Counted from the stretch's first letter, positions 38,352 to 47,914 are shown. The stretch: 64,000 nt of DNA from an uncultured Clostridia bacterium (GCA_944387385.1 CALXES010000006.1:37354-101353), one strand, 5' to 3'. Notes: generated by a model not told the origin, from the sequence alone. Numbers and translations: made by a program.

Positions 38352-39200
38352 ATGAGTTTAAAAGAGTATTTAAAAAGTAAATATAATATATTAAACAAGA
38401 TATTAAAAAGTATAAGTGATAGTAGAATTGGAGAATATTCTGCTCAATGCTCATATTATACAATTTTATCTTTTATTCCATTTGTAATATTACTTTTGAC
38501 ATTAATACAATATACTGGAATAAATCAGGATACATTATTTAATGTAATAGCAAGAGTTATTCCATCTAATATGAATGATATTATAATTAAAATTATACAA
38601 GAAGTATATTCAAAATCAATTGGTACTATTTCTATATCAATAATATTTACTATTTGGTCGGCAGGAAAAGGTCTTTATGCTTTAAGCATGGGATTTCAGT
38701 CTATATATAAGACTAGTGAAGATGAAAATATAAATTATTTTTCTTTAAGACTAAGAGCTGTTATAAGTACATTAATTTTTATTGTATTATTAATAGGAGG
38801 ACTTATATTATTAGTATTTAGTAATAGCTTATTGTCGTTTTTACAAAATAAATGTGGTTTTTTTAAAGAATTAAGTTTTATCTCAGAATTTGGAGCAAAG
38901 ATTATATTCTTAATTGCTACTATAATTATATTTGATTTTATATATAAATTTATGCCAAAACATAGGGTCAGTTTCAAAAGTCAAATATATGGAGCAATTT
39001 TTGGTGCAATAGCTTTAAATATAGTATCTTTAGTTTTTGCAAAGTATTTAGATATATTTAAAAATTTTTCTATTACTTATGGAAGTTTAACAACACTTAT
39101 GCTAATAATGATGTGGACATATTCTTGTTTTTATACAATATTACTTGGAGCTAAATTAAATAAAATTATGAGCTATAAAAGAAAAATATCTAATGAATAG
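38352..39200 (+). CDS. YihY/BrkB-family membrane protein
   Basis: Polytopic membrane protein with the conserved N-terminal region AQCSYYTILSFIPF. Confidence 0.7.
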   Translation: MSLKEYLKSKYNILNKILKSISDSRIGEYSAQCSYYTILSFIPFVILLLTLIQYTGINQDTLFNVIARVIPSNMNDIIIKIIQEVYSKSIGTISISIIFTIWSAGKGLYALSMGFQSIYKTSEDENINYFSLRLRAVISTLIFIVLLIGGLILLVFSNSLLSFLQNKCGFFKELSFISEFGAKIIFLIATIIIFDFIYKFMPKHRVSFKSQIYGAIFGAIALNIVSLVFAKYLDIFKNFSITYGSLTTLMLIMMWTYSCFYTILLGAKLNKIMSYKRKISNE

Positions 39201-39248
39201 TGATTTTATTTTTTTATTGTGATAAAATATAACTTAGAGGGATAATAT

Positions 39249-39806
39249 ATGACAGAAAAAGAGAAAATGTTAAAAGGAGAGCTATATAATGCAAATTATG
39301 ATAAAGAACTTATTAAAGAAAGACAAAATATAAAAGATTTGTGCTTTAAATATAATATGGTAAATCCTTTAAATTTTGAAAAGAGAATAAAAATTTTAAA
39401 AAAAATTATAGGTAAGATTAAAGGTGATTTTTTTATAGAACAACCTTTTACTTGTGATTATGGATATAATATAGAAATTGGAAATAATTTTTATAGTAAT
39501 CATAATTTAGTTATATTAGATGCAGGTACTGTAAAGATTGGAGATAATGTCTTTATTGGACCAAATTGTGGTATATATACTTCAGGTCATCCACTTGAAA
39601 AAGATAAAAGAAATAAAGGACTTGAATATGCACATAAAATTATAATAGGAAATGATGTTTGGATTGGTGGAAATGTTGCTATATTGCCTGGAGTTACTAT
39701 AGGAGACAATGTTGTAATTGGAGCAGGAACTGTTGTAAATAAAAATGTACCAGATAATGTAGTAATTGCTGGAAATCCATTTAAGATAATAAAAGAGCTA
39801 AATTAG
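39249..39806 (+). CDS. Maltose/galactoside O-acetyltransferase (left-handed beta-helix)
   Basis: N-terminal Mac domain (MLKGELYNANYDKEL) and hexapeptide repeats. Confidence 0.8.
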   Translation: MTEKEKMLKGELYNANYDKELIKERQNIKDLCFKYNMVNPLNFEKRIKILKKIIGKIKGDFFIEQPFTCDYGYNIEIGNNFYSNHNLVILDAGTVKIGDNVFIGPNCGIYTSGHPLEKDKRNKGLEYAHKIIIGNDVWIGGNVAILPGVTIGDNVVIGAGTVVNKNVPDNVVIAGNPFKIIKELN

Positions 39807-39820
39807 AAAGGTAGAAAATT

Positions 39821-40357
39821 ATGAAAATAATAGTAATTTCAGATATACATGGATCTTTATATTATATAAGAAAAATAAAAGATATTATTGATAGAAGTAA
39901 TGTAGATAAAATAATACTACTTGGAGATTTGTATTACCATGGACCAAGAAATCCTTTAACTGAGGAATACAATCCACAGGAAGTAGCAAATGTTTTAAAT
40001 AATTATAAAGATAAAATACTATGTATAAGAGGAAATTGTGATGCACAAGTAGACGAGATGATTTCTGATTTTAGATTTAGTGATAATATAAGATTAGAAA
40101 TTAATAAAAAAAGATTTTTCTTTACACATGGACATAAATATAATGAAAACAATTTGCCTGAAAATATAGATGTAATTGTTTATGGACATTTTCATACTGG
40201 ATTTATAAAAAAGATAGGAGATATTATTTGTGTAAATTCCGGTTCAATCTCTCTGCCTAAAAATAATACACCTAATAGCTACTTGATTATTGATAATGAA
40301 TATATTAATCTTATAGATTTAGATGAACATGTAATAGATAAAATAAAATTTAATTAA
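39821..40357 (+). CDS. YfcE/MJ0936-family phosphodiesterase
   Basis: Metallophosphoesterase motifs SDIHG, GDL, GNCD and GH.H. Confidence 0.75.
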   Translation: MKIIVISDIHGSLYYIRKIKDIIDRSNVDKIILLGDLYYHGPRNPLTEEYNPQEVANVLNNYKDKILCIRGNCDAQVDEMISDFRFSDNIRLEINKKRFFFTHGHKYNENNLPENIDVIVYGHFHTGFIKKIGDIICVNSGSISLPKNNTPNSYLIIDNEYINLIDLDEHVIDKIKFN

Positions 40358-40370
40358 AAAGAGGGAAAAA

Positions 40371-41552
40371 ATGATTGCAATAATGCTTTTACCAATATAT
40401 ATTTTGCTAAATGCTTTTATGTACATAAGTTTAAGTCATTGGCTAGATTCTTGTGGACATTTTTTTAAATATAAAATTACTAAAAAAATACTTTTAGTGT
40501 TACAATTTTTTTTATCTAGTTGCTTGCTTATAGCATTTTTGCTTCCTAGTGGTAATATTAGAAGAATTTTTCAGTTTATAGGAAACTATTGGCTTGGAAT
40601 TATGATATATTCCTTAATGGTAAATGTTTTTTTAGTAGCTTTATGGTTTATTTTATGGAAGATAAAAAGATTTAAAAATAAAAAGATAGACAAACAAAAA
40701 CTTCATTTTATCTTTGGAATAATAGGACTATTAATTACTTTAATTATTAGTACATATGGTATTGTTAATTCAAGAATAATTCATAATACAGAATATGATG
40801 TTATTATAAATAAAGAGGCTAAAAATTTGGATAGCTTAAAACTAGTAATGGTAGCAGATTTACATTTAGGATATAATATAAATGCTTCTCATATAAAAAA
40901 TATGACACAGAAAATAAACAGTCAAAATCCTGATATAGTAATTTTTGCTGGTGATATTTTTGATAATGAATTTGACGCAATATATAATCCAGATGAAATT
41001 TCAGAATTATTTAAAAGTATAGATTCTAAATATGGGGTATATGCTGTTTATGGAAACCATGATGTAAATGAGAAAATTCTTGCAGGTTTTACTTTTGCAC
41101 AGGAGAATAAGACTAGTGACAGTAGAATGGATAAACTTTTATCTGATTCAAATATAAAATTGTTAGATGATGAATTTGTTTTAATTGATGATAGTTTTTA
41201 TATTTACGGAAGACCAGATTATAGTAAAAGTACTAAGACTAGAAAAATGCCAAATGATATAGTATCAAATTTGGATAAATCAAAGCCAATTATAGTTGTA
41301 GATCATCAACCACGAGAGTTAGAAGAACTTGCAAAAAGTGGAGTGGATTTAGATTTATCAGGTCATACACATGATGGACAAATTTTTCCAATAAATTTGT
41401 TAGTAAACTTTTATTTTAAAAATAAATATGGTATAAAAGAGTTTGGTGATATGACAAGTATTGTGACAAGTGGTGTTGGAGTTTATGGTCCAAACATGAG
41501 AGTTGGTACTATAGCAGAGATTACAACAATAAATTTGAAATTTAATAAATAG
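40371..41552 (+). CDS. Membrane-anchored metallophosphoesterase
   Basis: N-terminal TM helices followed by ADLHLG, GDIFD, GNHD and GHTH motifs. Confidence 0.75.
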   Translation: MIAIMLLPIYILLNAFMYISLSHWLDSCGHFFKYKITKKILLVLQFFLSSCLLIAFLLPSGNIRRIFQFIGNYWLGIMIYSLMVNVFLVALWFILWKIKRFKNKKIDKQKLHFIFGIIGLLITLIISTYGIVNSRIIHNTEYDVIINKEAKNLDSLKLVMVADLHLGYNINASHIKNMTQKINSQNPDIVIFAGDIFDNEFDAIYNPDEISELFKSIDSKYGVYAVYGNHDVNEKILAGFTFAQENKTSDSRMDKLLSDSNIKLLDDEFVLIDDSFYIYGRPDYSKSTKTRKMPNDIVSNLDKSKPIIVVDHQPRELEELAKSGVDLDLSGHTHDGQIFPINLLVNFYFKNKYGIKEFGDMTSIVTSGVGVYGPNMRVGTIAEITTINLKFNK

Positions 41553-41585
41553 TTATAAAAAATAGTAGTTATTTTGCAATTTCTA

Positions 41586-41616
41586 TTGACTTAGAGTAAC
41601 TCTAATATGATATAAA
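41586..41616 (+). promoter_or_regulatory. MerR-type promoter candidate (19-nt spacer with internal dyad)
   Basis: TTGACT (41586-41591), then a 19-nt spacer, then TATAAA (41611-41616). The dyad TTAGAGT-A-ACTCTAA lies at 41591-41605. Confidence 0.5.
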
Positions 41617-41642
41617 TAACTTTATAAGAAGGAGATTATAGT

Positions 41643-42524
41643 ATGGAAAAATCAAAAGTTTATTTTATAAAAGAGATAACTCCAGAAAATATTATTAAGG
41701 CATATGAAGCTTTAGGGATAAAACTTCCTGGAAAAGTAGCAGTAAAAATGCACTCTGGTGAAAAAGGAAATAAGAATTACTTAAGACCGGATTTTGTAAA
41801 AGATGTAATTAATTATGTAAAAGGAACTGTTGTAGAGTGCAATACTGCATATGAGGGAGCAAGAAACTCTACACAAAAACATAAAGAATTAATCAAAGAG
41901 CATGAATGGGATAAATATTTTTCATTTGATTTACTTGATGAAGAAGGTCCTGATATGGAATTAGATATTCCTAATGGACTAGTGCTTAAGAAAAATTATG
42001 TTGGAAAAGATTTAAAAGAATATGACTCACTATTAGTTTTATCACATTTTAAAGGTCATGCAATGGGTGGATATGGAGGAGCTTTAAAACAGCTTTCTAT
42101 AGGATGTGCTTCTTCTGCAGGAAAGACATTAATTCATACTGCTGGAGCAACAGATGATCAAAGAGAATTATTTAATAATTTACCAGAACAAGATAGGTTT
42201 TTAGAAGCAATGGCAGATGCGGCTTCAAGTGTAGTAAATTATTTTAAAGGAAATGCGGCATATATTAATGTTATGAAAAATATATCTGTTGATTGTGATT
42301 GTGACTGTAATGCTAAAGCACCATGTATGAAAGATATCGGTATACTTGCAAGTACAGATCCAATTGCAGTAGATCAAGCATGCCTTGATTTAGTATATAA
42401 CTCAGATGATCCTGGAAGAGATGAACTAATAGAAAGAATTGAATCAAGACATGGTGTTCATACTATAGAAGCAGCTTCAAAACTTGGATTTGGCTCAAGG
42501 GACTATGAGTTAATCAATATATAA
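41643..42524 (+). CDS. DUF362-domain protein (putative Fe-S binding)
   Basis: 293 aa with the cysteine cluster VDCDCDCNAKAPC. Overall resemblance to DUF362 proteins is from memory. Confidence 0.6.
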   Translation: MEKSKVYFIKEITPENIIKAYEALGIKLPGKVAVKMHSGEKGNKNYLRPDFVKDVINYVKGTVVECNTAYEGARNSTQKHKELIKEHEWDKYFSFDLLDEEGPDMELDIPNGLVLKKNYVGKDLKEYDSLLVLSHFKGHAMGGYGGALKQLSIGCASSAGKTLIHTAGATDDQRELFNNLPEQDRFLEAMADAASSVVNYFKGNAAYINVMKNISVDCDCDCNAKAPCMKDIGILASTDPIAVDQACLDLVYNSDDPGRDELIERIESRHGVHTIEAASKLGFGSRDYELINI

Positions 42525-42547
42525 TATATAATATATAATAAAAAAAT

Positions 42548-42574
42548 AAAGACTTGCTTTGCAAGTCTTTATTT
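42548..42574 (+). terminator. Rho-independent terminator
   Basis: Stem AAAGACTTGC / GCAAGTCTTT followed by a T-rich tail. Confidence 0.75.
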
Positions 42575-42606
42575 GATATTATTAATAATATTGAAGGTGA
42601 GTAAAA

Positions 42607-43140
42607 ATGAAAGATTTAGGAACAAAGACTTTAGAGACAAAAAGACTTATTTTAAGAAGATTTAAAAAAGAGGACGCAGAAGAAATATATAATGGATTTA
42701 TAAATCAAAAAGATTTTTTATACTATGCAAATAAGGAAAAAAGAACGTTACAAGAAGAAAAGGAGTCATTAGAAAGAATAGATGAAAAGTATAATCAAAG
42801 ACATTATTATAACTGGCTAATTACTTTAAAAGATACAAAACAAATTATTGGAAGAATTTTTTTAGTAGTTGAAGAGTTTAATGAATGTGTAGAATCAAAC
42901 TATGTAATTGATGATAGATTTTCTAAAATGGGATATATGACAGAAGCATTAAAAGAAGTAATTAGATTTTGCTTTGAGGAGTTAGAAGTAAATAGATTTC
43001 AGTCTTGTTGTGTAATAGAAAATAAAGCTTCAAAAAGAGTAATGCAAAAATGTAATATGACTGAGGAAGGAATAATTAGAAAATATATAAAGCTAAAAGA
43101 TGGATATCATGATATGTATATGTTTTCTATTGTGAAATAA
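42607..43140 (+). CDS. GNAT acetyltransferase (RimJ/RimL-like)
   Basis: LETKRLILRRFKKEDAEEIY is the typical N-terminus of RimL-type GNATs. Confidence 0.7.
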   Translation: MKDLGTKTLETKRLILRRFKKEDAEEIYNGFINQKDFLYYANKEKRTLQEEKESLERIDEKYNQRHYYNWLITLKDTKQIIGRIFLVVEEFNECVESNYVIDDRFSKMGYMTEALKEVIRFCFEELEVNRFQSCCVIENKASKRVMQKCNMTEEGIIRKYIKLKDGYHDMYMFSIVK

Positions 43141-43145
43141 TAGAT

Positions 43146-43454
43146 ATGTATTATGTATATATAATTAGGTGTAAGGATAATTCGTTATATACTGGTATAA
43201 CAAATAATTTAAAAAGAAGAGTAAAAGAGCATATTACAAAGAGCAAAAAGTGTGCAAAATATACTAAAAATCATATAGCAATGAATTTGGAAGCATATTG
43301 GATTACAGAAGATAGAAGACTTGCCTCAAAACTTGAGTATCAGATAAAAAAGCTTACTAAGAATGAAAAAGAGGAAATTATTGTAAACAAGGAAAAATTT
43401 AATGAATATTTATCTTTAAAAGTAGATATTACAAAATATACTAAAATAATGTAA
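43146..43454 (+). CDS. GIY-YIG nuclease-family small protein
   Basis: YVYIIRC...LYTGITNNLKRRVKEH motif. 102 aa. Confidence 0.8.
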   Translation: MYYVYIIRCKDNSLYTGITNNLKRRVKEHITKSKKCAKYTKNHIAMNLEAYWITEDRRLASKLEYQIKKLTKNEKEEIIVNKEKFNEYLSLKVDITKYTKIM

Positions 43455-43518
43455 AAATATATATTGCTTGAGATATTTAGTTATGATAAAATTTAATGTT
43501 AGAAAGAAGGTATTAAAG

Positions 43519-43941
43519 GTGAACGAATTTATATTTGAAAGAAAAATAAATTATTACGAAACAGATAGAATGGGAGTTGTTCATCATTCTAATTATATAA
43601 GATTTCTAGAGGAGGCAAGATGTGCTTTACTTGAAAAAATAGGAATACCTTTTTCATATTTAGAAGAAAATGGTATAACAATACCTGTCCTTGGTGTAAA
43701 TGTTGATTACAAATATCATGTAACATTTGATGATATAATTGAAATTCATGTATTTACTAAGGAGTTTAATGGTGTAAGACTTACAATGGGATATAATGTT
43801 AAAGACAAGAAAAATGGTAATATTGTATTAAAAGGTGAAACTAAACATTGTTTTACAGATAGAAATTTAAGACCTATCAATTTAAAAAAGTATAATTTAG
43901 AAATATATAATAAATTTAATAATTTAAAAGAAGAGGAGTAA
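43519..43941 (+). CDS. Acyl-CoA thioesterase (4HBT/YbgC-like hotdog fold)
   Basis: YYETDRMGVVHHSNY motif. Start is uncertain: I chose the GTG at 43519 (SD GAAGG 8 nt upstream), while the track's TTG at 43468 has no SD. Confidence 0.7.
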   Translation: MNEFIFERKINYYETDRMGVVHHSNYIRFLEEARCALLEKIGIPFSYLEENGITIPVLGVNVDYKYHVTFDDIIEIHVFTKEFNGVRLTMGYNVKDKKNGNIVLKGETKHCFTDRNLRPINLKKYNLEIYNKFNNLKEEE

Positions 43942-43945
43942 TAGT

Positions 43946-44467
43946 ATGGATTTTTTAGAGCTAGCTAAAGAAAGATATTCATGTAGAAGTTTTAAAGATA
44001 AAAAGATAGAAAAAGAAAAAATTTTAAAAATACTTGAAGCAGCAAGAGTTGCACCTACTGCTGTTAATTTTCAACCTCAAAGAATATTAGTTTTAGATTC
44101 AAAAGAAAAAATAGAAAATCTAAGTAAATGTACTCCGTATGGTTGGGGTGCACCACTAGTATTTATAATTTGTTATGATAAAGATGTGTCATGGAAGAGA
44201 AAATATGATTTAAAAGATGAAGGAATTGTTGACGCAAGTATTGTAACTACTCATATGATGTTTGAAGCATATAGCTTAGGACTTGGAAGTACTTGGGTGG
44301 GTGCTTTTGATCCTATGAAAATAAGAGAAGTGTATAATATTCCCAAAAATTATGAAATTGTCTCAATTTTACCAGTAGGATATCCATCAGAGGAATCAAG
44401 ACCAAGTGATATGCATAATAAAAGAAATGAAATAGATTCCTTTACATTTTACAATGAAATAAAATAG
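43946..44467 (+). CDS. Nitroreductase family protein
   Basis: RYSCRSF...APTAVNFQPQR motif. Confidence 0.8.
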   Translation: MDFLELAKERYSCRSFKDKKIEKEKILKILEAARVAPTAVNFQPQRILVLDSKEKIENLSKCTPYGWGAPLVFIICYDKDVSWKRKYDLKDEGIVDASIVTTHMMFEAYSLGLGSTWVGAFDPMKIREVYNIPKNYEIVSILPVGYPSEESRPSDMHNKRNEIDSFTFYNEIK

Positions 44468-44529
44468 ATAGATGATTTTATGAAAGAAGATATTGGATAA
44501 ATAATATATAATTGTAATATTTTAGAAAG

Positions 44530-44557
44530 AATAATCAATTTTTTTGATTATTTTTTT
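44530..44557 (+). terminator. Weak AT-rich terminator
   Basis: Stem AATAATCAA / TTGATTATT followed by T7. Confidence 0.45.
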
Positions 44558-44565
44558 CTTTTTTG

Positions 44566-44620
44566 TTGACAATTGAATACATATTCAACTATAATATAAG
44601 TATAGATGAATAAACATTCA
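44566..44620 (+). promoter_or_regulatory. Promoter with two ArsR/SmtB-type operators
   Basis: -35 TTGACA at 44566-44571 and -10 TATAAT at 44590-44595. The dyad TTGAATA-CA-TATTCAA (44573-44588) lies in the spacer. A second dyad TGAAT-AAAC-ATTCA (44607-44620) lies in the leader. Confidence 0.7.
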
Positions 44621-44647
44621 ACAATAATAGTATAGGAGGGATAATAA

Positions 44648-45010
44648 ATGTCAAAGAATGAGTTTATTTGTGATTGTAATATAATTCATGAAGAAGTCGT
44701 AAAAGATACTTTAGATAAAATGCCAAGTCAAGATATGTTTAATAGGCTTGCAGATTTTTTTAAAATATTAGGAGATACAACAAGAGCTAAAATATTATTT
44801 GCATTAGATCAAAATGAGATGTGTGTATGCGACATTGCAAATGTCCTTTCAATGAGTAAATCTTCTATATCACATCAGCTTGGAACACTTAGAAGGTCTG
44901 GTATTGTTAGATGTAGAAAAGAAGGAAAAGAGGTATATTATACATTAGATGATGATCATGTAAAAGGACTATTTGAACTTGGTATAGAACATATAGAGCA
45001 TAAAATTTAA
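44648..45010 (+). CDS. ArsR/SmtB-family metalloregulator (CadC-like)
   Basis: HTH with the EMCVCDIANVL motif, plus extra N-terminal cysteines (CDC). Confidence 0.8.
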   Translation: MSKNEFICDCNIIHEEVVKDTLDKMPSQDMFNRLADFFKILGDTTRAKILFALDQNEMCVCDIANVLSMSKSSISHQLGTLRRSGIVRCRKEGKEVYYTLDDDHVKGLFELGIEHIEHKI

Positions 45011-45029
45011 GTTAATGGAGGTAATTATT

Positions 45030-45245
45030 ATGAAGAAGAAATTTAAATTAATTGGACTTGATTGTGCAAACTGTGCAGCACAACTAGAAAATGCTATTTC
45101 AAAGATGGATGGAATAGAGAGTGCATCAGTTAACTTTATGACTGGAAAATTAGTTATAGAATGTGCTGATGATGAAGATATTATAAAAAGAGTAAAAAAA
45201 ATGATAAAAAAAGAAGAACCGGATGTAGAGGTAAAAGAGGTATAG
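45030..45245 (+). CDS. Stand-alone heavy-metal-associated (HMA) domain protein
   Basis: GLDCANCA metal-binding motif. Start set to the ATG at 45030 (SD GGAGG). Confidence 0.7.
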   Translation: MKKKFKLIGLDCANCAAQLENAISKMDGIESASVNFMTGKLVIECADDEDIIKRVKKMIKKEEPDVEVKEV

Positions 45246-45254
45246 GAGGATTAT

Positions 45255-47105
45255 ATGAAGAAAAGAGGAATAAAAATTGTAGTCTCATTTATACTCTTTA
45301 TGTTAGCTATTATTTTTAATTTTAATAATGATTGGATTAATAAAGGTTTATATATTATTTCATATTTAATAGTTGGATTTGAAATAATTAAAAAAGCTAT
45401 AAGAAATATATTTAGAGGAAAAGTTTTTGATGAAAACTTTTTAATGACAGTTGCAACAATTGGTGCATTTGGAATAGGAGAGTTTCCAGAAGCTGTTGCA
45501 GTTATGCTATTTTATCAAGTAGGAGAACTATTTCAAAGCTATGCTGTAGATAAATCAAGAAAATCTATTTCTAGCTTAATGGATATTAGACCAGATTATG
45601 CAAATATTGAAAGAGATGGGAAAGTAGAAAGAGTTGATCCAGATGAGGTGAATGTTGGAGATATAATTATAATAAAACCAGGTGAAAAAGTTCCACTTGA
45701 CGGAATTATAATGGAAGGAAAATCTAGTCTTGACACTAAGGCCTTAACAGGAGAATCTTTGCCAAAAGATGTAGAAGAAGGAGAAGAAGTTTTAAGTGGA
45801 TGTATTAATTTAAATGGTGTTTTAAGAGTGCAGATTACTAAAGAATTTGAAGAGTCTACAGTTAGCAAAATACTTGATTTAGTGGAAAATGCAAGTAGCA
45901 AAAAATCTAAATCAGAAAATTTTATTACAAAGTTTGCAACATATTATACACCAATAGTTGTTTTAATTGCTTTAGTACTTGCAATAGTTCCACCACTTAT
46001 AATAGATGGAGCTATGTTTTCAGATTGGATATATAGAGCATTATCGTTTCTTGTAGTATCTTGTCCTTGTGCACTTGTAATTTCTATTCCACTTAGCTTT
46101 TTTGGTGGAATAGGTGCAGCGTCAAAAATAGGAGTACTAATTAAAGGTAGTAACTATTTAGAAGCAATATCAAATGCAGAAATAGTTGTTTTTGATAAAA
46201 CTGGAACACTTACCGAAGGGAAATTTGAAGTTCAGGAAGTATCTTCTATAGACATGAGTAAAGAAGAATTATTAAAATATGCAGCATATGCAGAAAATTA
46301 TTCAAATCATCCAATCTCAATATCTGTTAAGATGGCATACGGAAAAGAAATAGATAAATCAAAAATTGAATCAACCCAGGAGTTATCTGGACTGGGAATA
46401 GTTGCTAGAGTCTTAGATAAAGAAGTTTTTGTTGGTAATGACAAACTTATGAAGGAAAAAGAGATTGAATATACTAAGTGTGATGAGGTAGGGACTATAT
46501 TATATGTTGCAGTCGATGGAAAATATGTTGGGTATATACTGATAGCAGATAGAATAAAACGTGACTCATATAATGCAATAAAAGGTTTAAAAAAGAATGG
46601 AATAAAGAAAACTGTTATGCTTACAGGAGATAAGAGAAATGTTGGAGAGACTGTAGCAAAAAAACTCGGACTAGATAAAGTCTATGCTGAGCTTTTGCCG
46701 GATGGAAAAGTAAAAAGAGTAGAAAAGCTTTTAAAAGAAAAAAGTGATAATGGAAAATTAGTATTTGTAGGAGATGGAATAAATGATGCACCTGTTTTAG
46801 CTTTATCAGATATAGGTATTGCAATGGGTGCTTTAGGATCAGATGCTGCAATAGAAGCTGCAGATGTTGTAATTATGACAGATGAGCCATCTAAAATTGT
46901 AAACGCTATACAGTTATCTAAAAGAACAATGAATATTGTTAAACAGAATATATTCTTTGCAATAGGAGTTAAAATACTAGTGCTTATTTTAAGTGCTCTA
47001 GGAATTTCAACTATGTGGGAAGCAGTATTTGCAGATGTTGGTGTATCCGTTATAGCAATAATTAATTCACTTAGAGTTTTAAATGTAAAAAATATATCTA
47101 AATAA
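45255..47105 (+). CDS. cadA: Cd/Zn/Co-type P1B ATPase lacking a fused HMA domain
   Basis: CPC motif in the TM region, DKTGTLT and GDGINDAP. The protein starts directly with TM helices. Confidence 0.85.
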   Translation: MKKRGIKIVVSFILFMLAIIFNFNNDWINKGLYIISYLIVGFEIIKKAIRNIFRGKVFDENFLMTVATIGAFGIGEFPEAVAVMLFYQVGELFQSYAVDKSRKSISSLMDIRPDYANIERDGKVERVDPDEVNVGDIIIIKPGEKVPLDGIIMEGKSSLDTKALTGESLPKDVEEGEEVLSGCINLNGVLRVQITKEFEESTVSKILDLVENASSKKSKSENFITKFATYYTPIVVLIALVLAIVPPLIIDGAMFSDWIYRALSFLVVSCPCALVISIPLSFFGGIGAASKIGVLIKGSNYLEAISNAEIVVFDKTGTLTEGKFEVQEVSSIDMSKEELLKYAAYAENYSNHPISISVKMAYGKEIDKSKIESTQELSGLGIVARVLDKEVFVGNDKLMKEKEIEYTKCDEVGTILYVAVDGKYVGYILIADRIKRDSYNAIKGLKKNGIKKTVMLTGDKRNVGETVAKKLGLDKVYAELLPDGKVKRVEKLLKEKSDNGKLVFVGDGINDAPVLALSDIGIAMGALGSDAAIEAADVVIMTDEPSKIVNAIQLSKRTMNIVKQNIFFAIGVKILVLILSALGISTMWEAVFADVGVSVIAIINSLRVLNVKNISK

Positions 47106-47108
47106 ATA

Positions 47109-47151
47109 AAAACCTTAAATGCTACTAAAAAATAGTATTTAAGGTTTTTTT
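47109..47151 (+). terminator. Rho-independent terminator
   Basis: 12-bp stem AAAACCTTAAAT / ATTTAAGGTTTT plus a T-run. Confidence 0.8.
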
Positions 47152-47157
47152 CTAAAC

Positions 47158-47171
47158 TTACAAAAATGTAA
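47158..47171 (+). promoter_or_regulatory. BceR-type response-regulator box, copy 3
   Basis: TTACAAAAATGTAA is identical to the box at 56854. It lies 44 nt upstream of an extended -10 (TGTATAAT, 47214-47221), with only a weak -35. Confidence 0.55.
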
Positions 47172-47243
47172 TATAAAATTAGTATAAATCACTACTCAAA
47201 ACATGTTACATATTGTATAATATTGTCGAAGGATGGAAGGTTT

Positions 47244-47888
47244 ATGACTAAGAAAAATTTATTAAAAGAATTAAACAGTATATTTTGGATTTTTGTAATA
47301 GGAAGTATATTAGGATTTATTTTTGAAACTATTTTAGTACTATTTCAAAAAGGATACATTGAATCAAGATCAGGATTATTATATGGCCCTTTTACTCCAG
47401 TATATGGTATAGGTGGAATTATTTATTATATAGCTTTTAAATTTATAAGGACAAAGGATATAGGAAAGGTATTTTTAATTACAATGATTCTTGGTGGAGT
47501 AACAGAATACATTGCTTCGTATATTCAGGAAAAATTATATGGAACAATATCATGGGATTATTCTTATCTTAAAATTAATTTTAATGGAAGAACTAGTCTT
47601 CTTCATTGTTCATACTGGGGGATTGCTGGAGTTTTGTATGTTATGTACATTGGACCATTAATTGAAAAACTAAAAGAGAGGATAGATACAAAAAGGAGTT
47701 TAAAAATTATTACAAGCATTTTTGCAATTTTTATGTTTTTTAACATTACGCTATCTTGTCTTGCAGCAGATAGACAAACAGAAAGAAGAAATAACGTAGC
47801 TCCTGAAAATGTAATTGATACTTTTTTAGATAATGTTTATCCAGATGAATTTATGGATAAAGTATATTCAAATAAAAAGGTAGTTTAA
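47244..47888 (+). CDS. Polytopic membrane protein (resembles the 'putative ABC-transporter type IV' / PF06541 family)
   Basis: Several TM helices and the motif GLLYGPFTPVYGIGG. Start set to the ATG at 47244. Confidence 0.6.
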   Translation: MTKKNLLKELNSIFWIFVIGSILGFIFETILVLFQKGYIESRSGLLYGPFTPVYGIGGIIYYIAFKFIRTKDIGKVFLITMILGGVTEYIASYIQEKLYGTISWDYSYLKINFNGRTSLLHCSYWGIAGVLYVMYIGPLIEKLKERIDTKRSLKIITSIFAIFMFFNITLSCLAADRQTERRNNVAPENVIDTFLDNVYPDEFMDKVYSNKKVV

Positions 47889-47914
47889 TTTTAATAATTA
47901 AAGAAGGTAAAAAA

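Noticed and set aside
42519-42539. Three tandem copies of ATATAAT overlapping the stop codon of the DUF362 gene.
   Set aside because: This is a short AT microsatellite of a kind expected by chance in DNA of this composition, and I see no functional implication.
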